Origin: Phoronis australis
Lineage: Eukaryota > Animalia > Phoronida
NCBI GenBank assembly: GCA_002633005.1
Contig: NMRA01000032.1
Location: 1,158,911-1,222,910 of the forward strand
Direction: 5' to 3'
DNA: 64,000 bases
Position 1 is the stretch's first letter. The number at the start of each line of letters is the position of its first letter. A program made the translations under genes and the position numbers. This document shows, in pieces, positions 1-15,300 of this stretch. The notes under the pieces were generated by a model. The model was not told the DNA's origin. It did not search any database and saw only the letters and a list, made by a program, of their open reading frames with translations.

Positions 1-381
1 AATTTTAATTAGCAAATTAAGGGGTTTTGGGAGATCCAAGACATGATATGTGTGATTGGTTAAGATTTATTTGAACTTTTGAAAAAATCATTGCGTTACT
101 TTTTCTCTGTTTAAACATACCGTACTGTTGTCTGGTTGTGAAACCTCAGTTACAAGTATTAGGTACTTACATTTTATATTGTTGGGAAACTGTTATGGGA
201 AATGTTCATTTCAACATATTGTATGATATGAATTCAATCGTAATGTTGTTTTTTAAAACCAAAAATATATAGAATGCATTGACTTCAAGCTGTGGCAAAG
301 GATAGAAGAGGTTGTGCTGTAGTATTTTAATGTGATTTTGTGGAAATGTCATGTTTGGTGTTATTGATGATAATTTTCCAG

Positions 382-3300
382 TCACTACAGAAAGAGATTG
401 AGAAGCGTAGCAGTGGTGTGGCGTCTGTGTTGAACCTATGTGAGGTCCTACTGCACGACCATGATGCTTGCCCCTCGGAGATTGAGACATCGGCCATTAA
501 GCAGGCCATCAAGAGTTTGGACAAGCGTTGGAAGAATATCTGTGCCATGTCTATGGAGCGGAGACTGAGGTGATCTTTTTTGATAGTGGTGAACTTTTTG
601 CAATTTGAAAATTTTTTCCATTATAATACTCTTTAGCCTTGAACTTGACAAGTCTTTTTTACATGCAAATCAGGTTGGATGTCTTCAACGGTGTGGATAT
701 GTTAAAGACTGTTTTTCATACCTGTGATCTTAGCGAGCAACTTTGCGGTTCACATAATTATGTTTAGTGTGTTAGTCGATTCACAAATACACTTTGGGGC
801 TTTGAAAAATGAAAAATGGTCAATTTTGTCTGAAATTGGTGATATTTTATGATATTTAATTTGAGACCTCTTTCTCGGTGTAGCATCGAAGAGACATGGC
901 GCTTGTGGCAGAAACTATTGGATGATCACCGCAACTTGTGCGACTGGCTTAAAGATATGGAGAAACAGGTCCAGGGTCCAAAGTCGGATAACATCAGCTT
1001 GGACGAGACGAGACAACTGATTAAAAAAGTCGAGGTGAGCTGCAGCTTGTATATGCTATGTAGTGGTTGGCGTGTGAAAGACAGCTTCCTGGGGGAATAA
1101 CTTGAAGATCCTATTTGGAGCATTCTTTAATCTGTTCTGTTATGTCTATGTTACTCTCATTTTGTTGATGCATTGCTGGTAGTTTTGTTTTACCGTGCCA
1201 TGCTCCATGCAACCATGGTAAGAAGGTGGGGAGTGGTCAAAATTCAGTCTTGCACCATTTCATATTATATAGGATGAACTCTCATCTTTTCTATGGTTGT
1301 TAGTGCATTGCATTCGACACACTTGGTGGTGTGGTTCTAACATTCGTACCATTTCGGAATTTATTTTGTATTGTGAGGAGATTTTATGTTTATTTTGTTA
1401 ATTCATTGTATAATATTTTACGTTGCATGTTTGTAATATCTTACGCTTCTGTTTGATGTGGTACAAATGTAACAAATACAATCATGCTTGTTTGTTGCTT
1501 CTCCAGGTGGCGCAGCGAAAAGTTCACGAGCGACTATCTCAGCTGGAGCTCATCAACAAACAGTACCGGAAGTTGGCACGTGAAGGACGCACTGACACGT
1601 CTAACATCCTGAAACAGCACGTGCAGGACGTGAACAATTTGTGGGACAAGGTATCAACGTACGCATCAACCGTACTGCGTCGCCTCAAACATTCACTGCA
1701 GATGGTGGAGGACTTCCATACGGTGCGAGAAGCTCAGCTGGTCTGGTTTACTGAGCTAGACCTTCAGCTGACTAACGTGGAGCATTTTTCAAACATGACT
1801 ACATCGGAGCAGGCGGCTCATTTGAAGGTAATCCCAATGGTTTGTTGTCAGTTAATAATTAAAAGTATAGTGTAGCATACTCTTATATTACCTAGTAAGT
1901 ATAAACTTCTAATGAAAATAAAAGCACTCGCTTTCGAGCCTGTACAGCTCTTCGTCTGGTGGTTTTAGAGACAAGTGTCTGTTGAATGAATTTTTATGGG
2001 CCCCTCCTTAGAGGGACTGCGTTGTGATATGGGTTCTCTTACCCATATTCAATTGATAAATTAATATGTTATTTTTTTGAGGTTTCCAATAACGTGGTAA
2101 AAATTCTCCTGTTTGGGACGGTAAAAATATTTTGCAGAGCTTCTACCAAATTTTATAAGTGGTCAATATTGGTCGTCCCAAATTCAAGAATTACAATCAA
2201 TGACAAATGATCACTCATCTCGATGTTACTCACCATTTTGGAAAGGTTGTGTTAGCAGCCAAAATTGATCGTTATCCAATCTATAGAACCAAGAAAATTC
2301 AATTTCTGTTTGAATTTCTCATAGAAATTTGACTCTGCAGATCGACAATAGCTCTAGTAAAAACTTTGTTTTATGAAATATCTGCTCCTGAAATTGTTCC
2401 TCTCTATGTTCTCTGTTAGGACAAAGTCATCTAGCTTTCTTTAAATTGTCTTGTTTCTAAGACAGTACCATCTCGTTTGTAGACACTTGAGAAAGAGGTT
2501 GCGGAACACAAGCGTAAAGTTCAGTTTGTGCAGGAGTGTGCCGCTTACTTAGTCAGTAAATGTGACGGGAACGACGCAGTCAAGGTACAGAGTCAGCTGG
2601 AGGAATTTAACAAATACACAAAAGATGTCCTCACCAGACTGGCACGGCTTCAGAGTAGAGTCAGAATCGATGCGCTGGTGAGTTATTAGTGCGAGGTTAA
2701 GGGGTGGTTTAAAGAGGTGCTAAAATTGGTCTTGCTTTTGTCAAAATTTATTTTAGTCACTGTCATAATATCATTTGAATGCTCAAAACTCAGTTGGATT
2801 GTGTGAAGTTTTTATGGTGCCTGAACTCCCATTAACTCTGACATAAATATTACGAAAAAAAAAACAACACATTTAGCCTTGTTTTGGATAAAATTTGTCA
2901 AAACTGCTTAAAAAATAATCTTAATTTAACAGTTGCAGTCCAGAACTCATCGTAGCCCAAAACTCAGACCTAGGTGCTGTGAAATATTTAATTGATAGAA
3001 CATGAATGAATACAAACTGGTTGGTAAATTTTAAGCAATGGCAAGATTAGTGTCCGTTTTGACAAGGCTGTCAATTGGCTTTGTATGAGAGTTTGGGTTG
3101 AGGAACTGGATTGCTTTTGTGTGGTTAGATGAGGGTATGGTTGATGGTTATATGTGTCTGTTCTGTTTCTTCTGTTACATGGCTATTTGCACTTCATATT
3201 TCATGACCATGTACTTGAATATCTGTTTTTGAATAATATAATCGCATGAAATGTCTTTTTTGAAAATAAAAGTAAATTTAAGTGTTGTGTTACTAACGCT

Positions 3301-6300
3301 TGACAGTGAGTTTTAGGGGATTTCTTTTTTTAACATTTTGTTTGTTTTGTCTAGTTACCCATTTGAGCATGACTAATGTTCGCACCATTTATACCTGTAG
3401 TGTATAAAAAGTGTTTGAAGTATAGAATCGGCTACAGTTTATTCTAAAATTTAAGTCTACATCGTGTGAAATACTAAGCTTTCTAATGAACAAGTTAAGT
3501 GTGTGAGAAATCTAACATATTTGTCCAATCTAAAATCATTTTCTGTCCGAGGGAAATGATCGTTATTAATAGATTTACTAATTAAATGTGCACTGTTGCA
3601 TGTTGTCCTGTAAAATATGATTGTTTTTCATACTTTTCAAGTTTGCACTGTGTTTTCTCATTTTCTACTTACCCAACTATCACCAAACATACCGAGCAAT
3701 TTCACGAGGCGTAATTTCCGTTGTGTATTAAATCCAACACATTGGGAAATCCTTCACGTAATCGCGTAATCGTCAACAGACTATGCATTTACCAAAAAAA
3801 AAGTTTTGGACCGGGAAGTCATCAGCAGTATTGAAGAAATCACATAGGGGCCAGTTCCTGCGTATTCCTAAAGTTCGATTTGGAACAAATTGAAGCTATA
3901 ACAAAACCTATGCTGTCCCTTGAGTGCATTGAGCTGTGAACAGTATCTTGGTGTTAAAGCTGTGGCTACTGTATTGTGCCTTAGTCAATGATTACTGGGT
4001 GTTAAGATTATGGAAGACCCTAGAAAAAAATCGAAATATCTTATTCTCAGGAATGGCTGTTAGGATTCATATGAAACTTTCAAATACTCTGCTTTAGACA
4101 TTGCTCTCTAATACTCTGTTAGGAATTGTTGTAAAGTGCTCCACTTTGGCGTGAGGGGCTATAAAAACAGGACTTTCATAATTTTCTTGAAAAAAAATTG
4201 GAATGTTATGTTTAAGGATAATAAAATAATGATTTAGAAACCTGTGACATCATTTTTAAATTTCATTCTTAAAAATTTATATTGAAGGAAGTTTGATTGT
4301 CGATACCGTTGTTTTGCTATTGATGTACCTCTCGGCGTTTTGCTAAATCTTGCCAAAAAGATGTAGTCATATGACCCAATAACAACAAGAGTGTTAAAAT
4401 AAAAAAAACATTCTTATGGTTTCCACTTCCAGAAAATACGTACTTTTTCTCAGAGTTAAAATCTCTAGTAGATATTTGTTTTTTGATAAAGTCTTACATT
4501 ATCTTAACTGAATGTTAATTGGCATTGCCAGCGCTGGCAAATTTAATTGACCAGCACACCCTAACTACCCTGATGGTCAGCATATGGAGGGACAGTACTG
4601 GTTCTGTTACATCTAGTTGAGCTTTTGCTCTTGATCTGTGTGGATCACTATTTGGTGATGGTTTCTGTTGTGTGAGCTTTGTCAACTCCTTGCATGTGCC
4701 TATACCCTTTCCAGGAGGAGAGTGAATATGTAGAAAATGTTGATAGTTTGTCCTACTCTGATGACGATGTCACCCTCAGCCTTTCCTTTGATGAGTCAGA
4801 TGACAATGAGTTAGACGGAGATGGGGTAGGTGCCGGCGTTGCTATCGCGGCTGTTTGGAGACAGTTTTGGTCATCTGACAATACTTTACTTTGCACTGCT
4901 AGCCCTAACTATATTAATTTTGTTCTGTTGATGACTAACAATAATCATGATCCGACATTTGATTAATTTAAGCTCATTTTTCAAAAAGCTCTTTTGACAT
5001 ACTATATCATAGATGATGTCTGAACTTTGAATTTGAGTCCACAAAAAAATTGTTTCATTTGAAAACCCATTCGCATTTAAGTGTCTGTGATTTGGCACCA
5101 GTGACTATGCACAGTTGATTGTAACCCAGCAAGCTCTGCAGGTCAGCTGACTAACTGGCATTGTTCATTGGTTCATGAGCTGGAAGTCATCAATGGGTGA
5201 CCAATTAAATGTCTTTGCCAACTTACCCAGTCGCCAATAGACTTGCTGGCTTTCAATCCAAGCCATGAGGCACACTCTTATTTTTGTTTCTTCTCGTTTC
5301 TCTGTTCTGTTGTCCTGGCAACAGCCTTATACTGCCTATATTCTAACTTTGTTGTAACAATTTGTAATTAAAGTTCACATTTTATCCTGTAAATTTTGCT
5401 GAACATGAACGTTCTATGTTATTGAGTGTTGTGTTTTACTAATGGGTCATTCATTTGTTATCAATTCATTTTACCATGTCTATAACTATTAGTCACACCT
5501 CTAGAAAATTACTGAATGTTTGTTTTTGTGAGAAATTTTGAAACAACTAATATAAGATTTTATTCCTTGTATGTGCTTAGAAATTCACTTGCTACGCTTT
5601 GGTAAAAGGTGCTATTTTCCTTTGTCTGAAATATGTCTGTGTTGTATTAGTGTTACTTTTCTAACCTCATAATCTTCTGGATGTGTTTCTAACACTTAAA
5701 ATGCTGCACCATGAAACATGCTTATTTAAACCAATAACGACATTTTCCAGGAGCATATTTATGAACGTTTCTCTTCCACCAACAGGGTGCACCAGCATCA
5801 GCGAGACGAAGCAAGCCTACATCAGGATCTGCTTCTGGACCTTCAGCGACCTCTGCAGGTAGATCCCAGGGAGGTCGTCAACAGAATGGCGTCCATCGGC
5901 CAGGTAGCAATGACTCGCTTGACTGGGACATGTATGATATTGAGAGGAATCTGGCTGATCGGTCTTCACTGCAAGCTAACGGAGACAGCTCAACACAACA
6001 AAATGGCGTTGGCGACGGTCAGGTGACGGATAGTCGTTCAGCGATGAAGCGAGGACCTCACACGTATCAGGCATACCTCTCACAGATCAAAGATCAACTG
6101 GCAGGACAGAATGACAAACTGGAGCAGGTATGTGTCATTGTACAAGTACAATAACGAATTAGCTCCAAAAATGAATCATTATATCTAGACTTATGGTACA
6201 CATAGCGATAATGTATTTAAGAGGTTACCAAACCCAGTTTTGGCCTATTAACAGACATTAAAAGTGACTTTCTCGTCCAATTCCCTGAAACAAAATAATG

Positions 6301-9300
6301 CTGCGTAACCCTCGCCAACCCTCAAATGTTTGGTGGAAAATTTGGAAAACTCCGTTCAAAGTCTGCTAAACGAGCAAGCGTGACCTACACTTTTAGAGAA
6401 TTACACGGCAACTGTGGTAAAAGACCAACCAGTCTGTGATGTAGGGAGTATAAGTTTTTAGTTGATTCCTGCTTTTATCTTTTCAAGAATGATGCCCGTG
6501 ATGCATTTGTAGGATTGGCTGAATCATCAAAGCGGGGTTTTTGTATCCTGTTAAGTAAAAACACAATAATGAGCAATAACGCAAAGAAAATAATGGAAAC
6601 AAAAGGAAATCATACGGAATTGAGGGAATAATATATTAACAAAAAGAGAAACGAAAACAAAAAGCATACCGTCGTAATTATATCAGCTGCGTACTACGTC
6701 ATTTAAAAAGGAAAGCTTCAAGATTTTGAATTTATAAAACGTAAGTAAGTATGTGTTGATGGCTAACTCAAAGCACTTTCTCTCACAATTTGAATATTTG
6801 TTTACTACCTCCTTCAGGTTGAGAAATATCTGGCTGAGTTGGACCTGACTGTGGAGGAATCAAGTCAGATACTGGACAGTACAGAGAGTCAGCTGAGGTG
6901 TAAAACACCTGTTGGACCAGAGGTGGACACTATGGCTTCAGGTTATGTAAGTAGCACCATGGGAATAAATTAAATAGAATGATAAAATGAAATGGAGTAA
7001 AGTTAACGACTGTAACAAACATTGCATATTCTAGATTAATATTCCTGACCAATAATGGAATACCTGAAGACTTCCAAATTCAGCAGAAATGTGGGACAAA
7101 ATTGCCACCTTGTTGCACAGCCTCACATAAGATCTATAGCTCTGCGCGTGGAAAACCAGCAGGAAGTCTTACAGACCTCAGGTTGACACCATGACTCCGT
7201 TGAAAGTGGGACAAGAATTCTCCTATCTTCATATCTTGCAAAAGGTCATCTTCCAACTGGGGAAAATCATGATGCGAGCTGCTGCCAGACTTGCGTGTTT
7301 TCACTTTGAATATGTGATAACAACTCTTTCCCTCCATTTGCTCTTAGACTGTTCCATTGATAGTTCTTGGGAATGTCACATTCCTCATGCCATCCTCTCC
7401 CTCTCTCATAAGTTTCTCACCTCTGGATTTGAGAGTCGACTTTTTCAGCTTTTTCCAATAAACATTTATTTAATAAAGTGAAGACGTTTAAGCGTTTGGG
7501 TCATATACAGTTAAACTGTTTACATCACAAAACATTGACTACCTAGTGTTGCATTTAAATGTTTTCGTTTTGCCAGGCACGTTTACTTGTGGGTTGTAAA
7601 GAGAACCTGAAAAAGCTGGAGTCTATACAGAAACAACTTAAGGCAGACACAGGCTTGTCCAGTGTTACTGGGATAGACACTCAAGTGAAAGGTGAGACCC
7701 GTGAATAACGAGTTTGATAACCAGTGTCATAAGCCACGGAGTGCAATTTACCTGTGAAGTTATAATTATGCTTCTCTATTTATTGCCCATTATGTTCTCG
7801 CCTTCGGAATACTTTGGGCTACGACACTGAGTAACATATTTCTATAGTGTGCTTATCCATTGAGAACCACACATAACAAATTATGCTTGGTGACTAAAGT
7901 GTTTGCAAATTTGCCCGATATGTTGCAAAAATTGCCATTGTTGTCCTTGTTAAAGTAACACGATCGTTGAGAAAACTTTTTTGAGATCAGTTCCAAGGCA
8001 AATTTGACCTCACGACCTCAGTTGTTGTAGTCCTGACCAATACTTTTCTATCAGAGCTAAACCTTACTCGGCAAAAAGCAGAGTATTTTGAACGCATTTA
8101 AGAGATAAAGTCAGTGGCCTGGATTTGAGCAAATGACTGGTAGCCACTAATGAGAATTGGCAAGGTGTAATAAAATTGCAAAAACTTATGGATTTTGTTA
8201 TTTTATTAAACTCTTATCAAAGCTAATCACTTCAAAAAGTCTATCGCACCTAAGAATAATTTCAAAAATGAATTTTTCTCCTCTATAACTGACTGTGTCC
8301 CTTTAAAGCGTTGTCTAAGATTACCCTCTTTCTTCAGGTGTTGTCCACCGTTGGGAGGTACTGAACGCAAGGGCGTCTGCCAAAGACCTGCGTCTGAAGC
8401 AGTCCAAACATGAGTGGCAGCAGTTCACCTCTGACCTCAACAATATCATGGTGTGGTTGAATGAAGCGGAGGCTATTCAGGGCACTCAGGGCTTCATCCC
8501 ACAGGAGATTAAACAGTTAGAGATCACTATCAGGAAACACAAGGTAACAGAGACGCAGTTTTGTTGACAGTCTTAAATATTGGCCCAGATTCATTTGAAA
8601 TATATGATGGGCCGTTGGGGGAAAGGTGTCGCCGGAAAAATACGAGCGTAATTATGTACGTTACGCCGTTATTTACGTCATTAATTACGCTGTAAAATTA
8701 CGAGCGTAATTTAATTCTTTATGGCGTAAAGTTACGCTCGTAATTTAGTTTAAACTCTTAGCCAATGACCTTCGATTTTACAACTCACGGTTGCGCGCGC
8801 TCATGTTAATACTTATTTACTGACGGGTTACATGTCTACGCTACGAGCGTTGAATCATGGCGGATCAAATCGCTGCTGCAATGTCAGCGATTGTGCAAGA
8901 ACGAGCTGCGCAGGAACAGCCGCGTATGTTAGGTTAACACTGATTGGTTTAAATTTGAAACGTTCTTAAGGTATTTTACGAGCGTAATTTACGGCGACAT
9001 TTCCCCCATTTAATTTACGGGCGTAATTTTACTGCAACACTTTTGCAATCTAATTTACGTTCGTAATTACGAGCGTAATTTTACAGCAAAAATTTCCTCA
9101 TTTAATTTACGAGCGTAATTGTATGGCGACACTCCTGCAATTAAATTAACGCTCGTAATTACGAGCGTAATTTTACAGCGACACTTTCCCCTCAACGGCC
9201 CACCATAGAAATATTGTCATTTGCATAGAATTTATAGAGCTCTGGACCATATTTAGTAAGAGTAATAATTGGTGGAGAATATAGTTCCTTTTGGAAACTT

Positions 9301-12300
9301 TCAATAAATTTTATTTGCAGCGCATGTATTGACAATAAAAAGCCGCTGAGGATGTGATATCTGGCTACCACTTGGCACAAAGTTAATTAGTGCTTTTGTT
9401 TTATCTTTTCATTATTTGAGAGTCTGAGATTCAATACTCTAACATTTTAATGACCTTAGAAGGTGACCGAGGTTTAGTCTTAAACTGGTACTGATTCAGC
9501 TCAGTACTACTAAGAGGTTTTAGCAGACGCGTGCGGTAAAATCTCATCTAATTCAAATTAAAATAGTTGTCAAAAATGCCTTTCTTCAGGAATGTCCACT
9601 GTTTTTCAAAACTTAGTATGATGGTAGCTGTGGTGCAGAACTTGATCATGGAAAATAGTTGAATTCGGTGCTTCATTTGTTTCATGGAAAAAATAAAAAA
9701 TCACTTGTTAGCCATGTTGTGTCCTAAATTGGTAAGGTTTTTAGTTTTCTGTAATTTGTTTTCTTTTGGTTTACTTGTTAGAATCTTTCATCTTGAGTAA
9801 GTGTGCAGAAGGGTGGGGGTTCATGGGCGGCGGAGCACTGAAGAAGTGCTATAGTCCCACCCAGTCCCCTATGGTACACCCCCCATGTGTTATCTGTGTT
9901 GTATTAATTGTTTTTAGGAATTCTTGCTTCAACTGGAACACCGCAAGGCCATTGTCTTGTCCATCAACCTTCTCAGCCGTCGGTTTGTCAGCGACAAGTC
10001 AACCTCTCCTGAGTCAAAAGATCTCGTGCTGAAACTGAAGCAGATGAACACCAGGTGGGACACAGTGTGTTCCAGGACGACTAAGTGGCAGAAGAGACTA
10101 CAGGGGGCACTGATGAGGAGTCAGGAGTTTCAGCAGACGACACATGACCTCCTGCTTTGGCTTGAGAGTGTGGAGACAAGAATCAAGGGTCTGGAGCCAG
10201 TACACCTGGATGGGGATAAGGAAAGGATGGTGGAGAAATATGAGAAGTTTAAGGTGAGTTTAGAGGAGTGTAGGCTGTATTTAGATATAGGGCAATGGTA
10301 GAGAAATTGTAGTTAGGTTTGCTGAGACTAGTCCATATGGAAGGGGGAAGGGTGTAGTGGCGGAGAACAAAAGGTCTGAGGATGGTCCATGTGGAAGGAA
10401 CAAGTAGACTGTAAATGGCGAACATGAGATGTTTGAAGTGAATTTAGGGGAATGTAGATTATTGGTACAATGGACCAGCCCATTTGGAGAGGGGAATCAG
10501 GTGGTGGCTGAGGAACATGAGGGCTTTAGGTGATTGAGGGTAAGTTATTCTGCATTTACAAGGAAGATAATCAAGAGTGTGAAGCTACACCATTTGGTGG
10601 GGAGTGTTGTTGGGTGAAAAAGTTGAGGTGAGAAGGGTGTGCGGCTGTATGTGTGTGTATGAAGTGAACATAACACAGACAAGATACTGTTGAGAATGAG
10701 TGGTCTTGGCTAAGCATTTCTTGGAATTAGGAAAATGATACATTACTTGGCAATATGAAAATTATAAAATTTAGTAGTTGCAATTTTGTAAAATATTTGG
10801 AAAGTAATGGGTTCTCTGGTCTAATCATCCACCTTTCTATGTACAGACCATCAAAGGAGAGTTGGAGAAGAGCCAACCAAGAGTGTTCTCTCTGAAGGAG
10901 ACCAGTGACCATTTACTAGTCAACACCGATGCTAGTGCCGCCCTGGAGGCCAAGGAGAAGATCCATGTCATCTCTAACAGACTAAAGAGCCTACTGCGGC
11001 TTAGCACATCCTATGTCAACCGCCTGGGGGCGAGCTTGGGTCTGGATGTGATGCCTGTGTCGGTAGGGCCTCAAGTTTGTTTTGTGTTGTAGTATGCACA
11101 GTTGTATTGGAGCCATAAAATGAACCTAGGGTCATGCATGCAGCATTTGCTCCATCTATTGCATGGGTTATCAGTTTAAACTGATTGCAGTCTGATTTGT
11201 AACTTGCACAAAAGAATCTGGCTGCCTTAATGTATATAAGTTAGTTTGTTTGGTGCCCTGAAAGGTATGGTAAAGTTTCTTCAAATTGGAACGTAATATT
11301 GCGGACAATCAAATTTTATTTGATCAAAAATTTCAACAAGAGTAAAGAAGATGACAATTTTGATTCATTGTTTGAAAATTTTATATAGTATGACGGTGTT
11401 CAACAAACACAATATGAAATTTTGAGCGTTTTTGACAATACAGGGAGCATTGAAAAAATGACAATTTTGACGAGATTGTTTTTGTTTGAATTTGAGGAAG
11501 CTTTATCGTAACCCTATTTGAGATTTTCATACGCGTAACTATTGGCAACAAATTAGGCCTACATCTGCTTTTGATGTGTTTTGAACTCCAGTCTGTACTT
11601 TTATGACAAAGTTTTAATTTGTATTTATTTTATTGATATTGATGTATGCACTTATAATCCTGTGACATAGTTCCAATAAGTCATTACTCACATTTATTGC
11701 CCTGCGTTACAGCCTATCCACCTGGACGCCCCTGATGGCACGTCAACCCCAAGGACGAGCACACCTCGGTCATCACGAAGTGGAGGAAGGTCACCCCTCA
11801 GTCTGTCCCGACAGGTAAGTGTGTGACAACACCTGTAGAAGCTTGCTTACCTTGAGAGAGGGTCAGACTCTTGTCACCATGAAGGCTCATCATTTAGTGT
11901 CATACAAAGTTATGCCATGTATCTCTGATAGTCATAAATCGCAAAGTTTTCCAGTGTATTTCTTTTTCACTGTCCCTGGTATACAATGCAAGGATGAGGT
12001 TTTGGATTTAGGCAGCTATGACCCACCTTTACGTTTGTTTATGAAAACATAGCGATGTTTTATCAGTCGCCACACGTAGACAGTATGAAGTGTGATGATC
12101 AACCTCGCTCAAAACCAGAAAGGAAAACCTCTGAAACCCTTGTGTGGGAATTCAATGGGAGATTTGACCAGACTAGTGAATATCAAGTGTTCACTGTAAG
12201 TGAGCATACCTGATATCCAAGTGGCCACTACTACATCATCAACTAGACACATTCATTTGTTATTATATTGCTGGCAAGTGCCTGAGGCACAACTTCCCTG

Positions 12301-15300
12301 TGTCATGATCTTGGCCATTTTACTTGTCCAAGATGAAATATTTAAAGCTGCGGGAAAGAGTTCTTACCATGAGGGACAGGTAAAATGATTGCCTTTTTTG
12401 AGAGGAACGAGGGTTTTGTCAGACTCTACTATCTCTATCGTCTGTTGATGTCGCAAGTCGAGACACTTCTTTGCGTGCATTGCTCGTCATTCGATGTGAA
12501 AACCAGAAAATATGTCTCACAATATGTTAGAAACCTACAGACTTTGTTGTTTACAGTTTCTGTAAACGCATCATTTTTACACTCATTCACCAACAAGAGT
12601 TCCACTGATTTACGTTCTATTGTCGCCTAAATATTGTCACATGTTTTATGCCATTTTGTCATTAGTTCTTGGGCCCATTGGGTAAAGATCATCCAGAGTA
12701 TGAGGAAGAGAAGTATGACATTCTTTTGAGGTCATAGGTCACGGTGCATGCATCAGGCTTCTTTCTTTGAAAATCAACGAAATATTCCTCTCACTACTGC
12801 AAAGTAGTTAATAGCATGCTAGGTTCTTAAAACAGAATTTTCGAATAAAGACTAAGTACTTCAGAGACTGATGTTCGTGTGAAGCTGTTTCTCAGTTTCA
12901 AGGTAATGCATGCTGGATCGATGGTCTTTCTGATATGGTGATTGCTGGCGATTTGTTTTCAACTCGTATCAATTATGCAGCGGTGTTTGGTGTCACATGA
13001 ACTTAAGTTTTGGACCAAATTGTGTTCCTGATGGTAAGAAACAGGTTCAAAAGATATAGTGAGTGCATAAAGAAAAATGATACAGACAGCACTGTATTTT
13101 TAAGAATTGATTGTGGATGTTCTCAGTTTGATTGGATTTGTGGAATGAAAAAAATCACGCTACTGCCAAATTTGACGTGCAGGACAACAGTGAATGAATT
13201 TCTGGTTTTGAGAAAAACTTTCATCCACATTTCCGATGACCGTAAAATAAGCTGATGTTTATATGCCCTGCTGTCAAAAACTTTGCCCGACAAAGTCATC
13301 CATTTTGCTCTTAAGTTATATTGAACGCACTGCTCTGGTGGGTCACAAATGGCCGACTCGAAAGTAAGATGAAGTATGTATCTTGCCTTATTTCACGATT
13401 CCATTAGTTTGACCATCATGGCAAAATCAAAACATTCGATACTCTCATAATATTGTCCCAAGGATATAATCATTACCTGAACGACGTTCAATATATCGTT
13501 GAATTTTTGAAGTATTAATAGTGTGTCAAAATACTCATTCCTGTTCAGTAGTAATGTGTGGCAGCCCCCATACACATTACAGTCTCACTATCAGCCCCCA
13601 AACACATTACAGTCTTACTATCCTAATATTTTTGTATCCACTCTCCAGATACACCCTTCTTCATCCTGGGCGCACAGGTCAGAGAATGTCTAAGAATGAC
13701 CAAATGTTTCTCTGTGTTTCTATGATTTAACCTGCTGAGTTCAGTTAATTTGATGTCAAAAATTATTGAGTTATGTTTGTATACGCCCGCATATATTATG
13801 TGGTGCATATTGCCGTCATCTCTGTCTGGGCGTCTGGCCTCCATGACTGTATCTCCTAAACCCCTTGCAGGAAGGTATTGAAATTTAGCAGGTGTGTTCC
13901 TATGGGGTTGACGACGGAGGGCGACGAGTTTCAGACTGACCCGAATACCGCTGCGCCCCCCTAGTGGCAATTTTAGTTTTTTACGTTTGTCTCTGTAACT
14001 TCAAAGGCCCTCAACCGATTTTCATGAAATTTGGCACATTGAGGCATCTATTAAAGAGGTGACACTATCCTCCTGCATTCGGATAGATTCGAGCCAATTT
14101 GCACCATCTAGTGGTTATTTTTTACTATTTTAAAGTCTGTTTTTTGGCATCCACTCCTCTATCAACCAAACCACTGTACGGATGATTGTGAAAATTGGCA
14201 TGCACGGGTCTTGCTATGAAGAGGACAGTTGATGATGATTTTCTGATGACTTCGAGTACTGTGGTGCCTCCTATTGGCAGTCTTGTTTGTTTTTGCGCCC
14301 ATGGCTGTATCTCCCAAACAGGATCAAATGTAGCAAATGTATTTTATGGACAACGACGACTTTCAGACAGATCGGACTACCGGTGTGCTTCCTAGTGGCA
14401 ATTTTAGTTTTTTTACGTTTACCTCTGTATCCTCAAAGGTCCTCAATGGATTTCCATAAAATTTGGCAGATAGGCATCTACTAGTGAGGTGACGCTAGCC
14501 ATTCATTTTTGGATTGATTCAAGGTGTTTTGCGCCACGTAGTGGCCATTTTTTTGTTGTTTTCGAGTCTGTTTTTGGCGTTCGTCCCTCTGTCAACCAAA
14601 CCACTCTAAGGATGATTGTGAAAATTGGCATGTAAGTTCTTACTAATGAAGAGGATAGTTGACGATGGTTTTCAGACAACTTCAACTACTGTGGTGCCTC
14701 CTTGTGGCGGTTTTGTTTTTTTTACACCCATACCTGTATTTCCTAAGCCCTTTGCAGGATTTTTTTAAATTTAGCTTGTGTTTTTATATGAAGATAGTAA
14801 TGGAAGACGACGACTTTCAGACGGATCCAATGAACATTGTGCCCCCAGTGGCAATTTCTTTTTTTCCTCTGTTCTTGACGAATTTTCATGAAATTTGGTA
14901 AATAGCTTTTTTTAAAGAAACCATGACTTTTTCTGGTTTTCAGACAGATTCAATGTTTTTTGCGCCATCTAGTGACCATTTTCTAGTCTGTTTTTGACAT
15001 CTGCCCTCTGTCAACCAAGCATCTCTTTGGATGATTTTGAAAATTGGCTTATATATTCTTAGTGTGAAGAGGACGGTTGACGATGATTTTCAGACTTCAA
15101 TTACTCTGGCGCCTCCTAGTGGGAATTTTGTTTTTTTTGCACCCTCAGCTGTCTCTCCTAAGCTCTCTACAGGATCTTTATTAAATTTAGCAAATGTATT
15201 TATATGAAGTTGATAACAGAAGACGACAGCTTTCAGACGGATCCGACGAACGCTCTGCCCTCTAGTGGCAGTTTTATATTTTCCGTTTTCCTCTGTTTCT

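Noticed and set aside
5751-6026. Acceptor at 5751 and ORF 5787-6026 as nesprin exon
   Set aside because: Leads to a stop; the acceptor at 5786 preserves frame and yields the LDWD motif.
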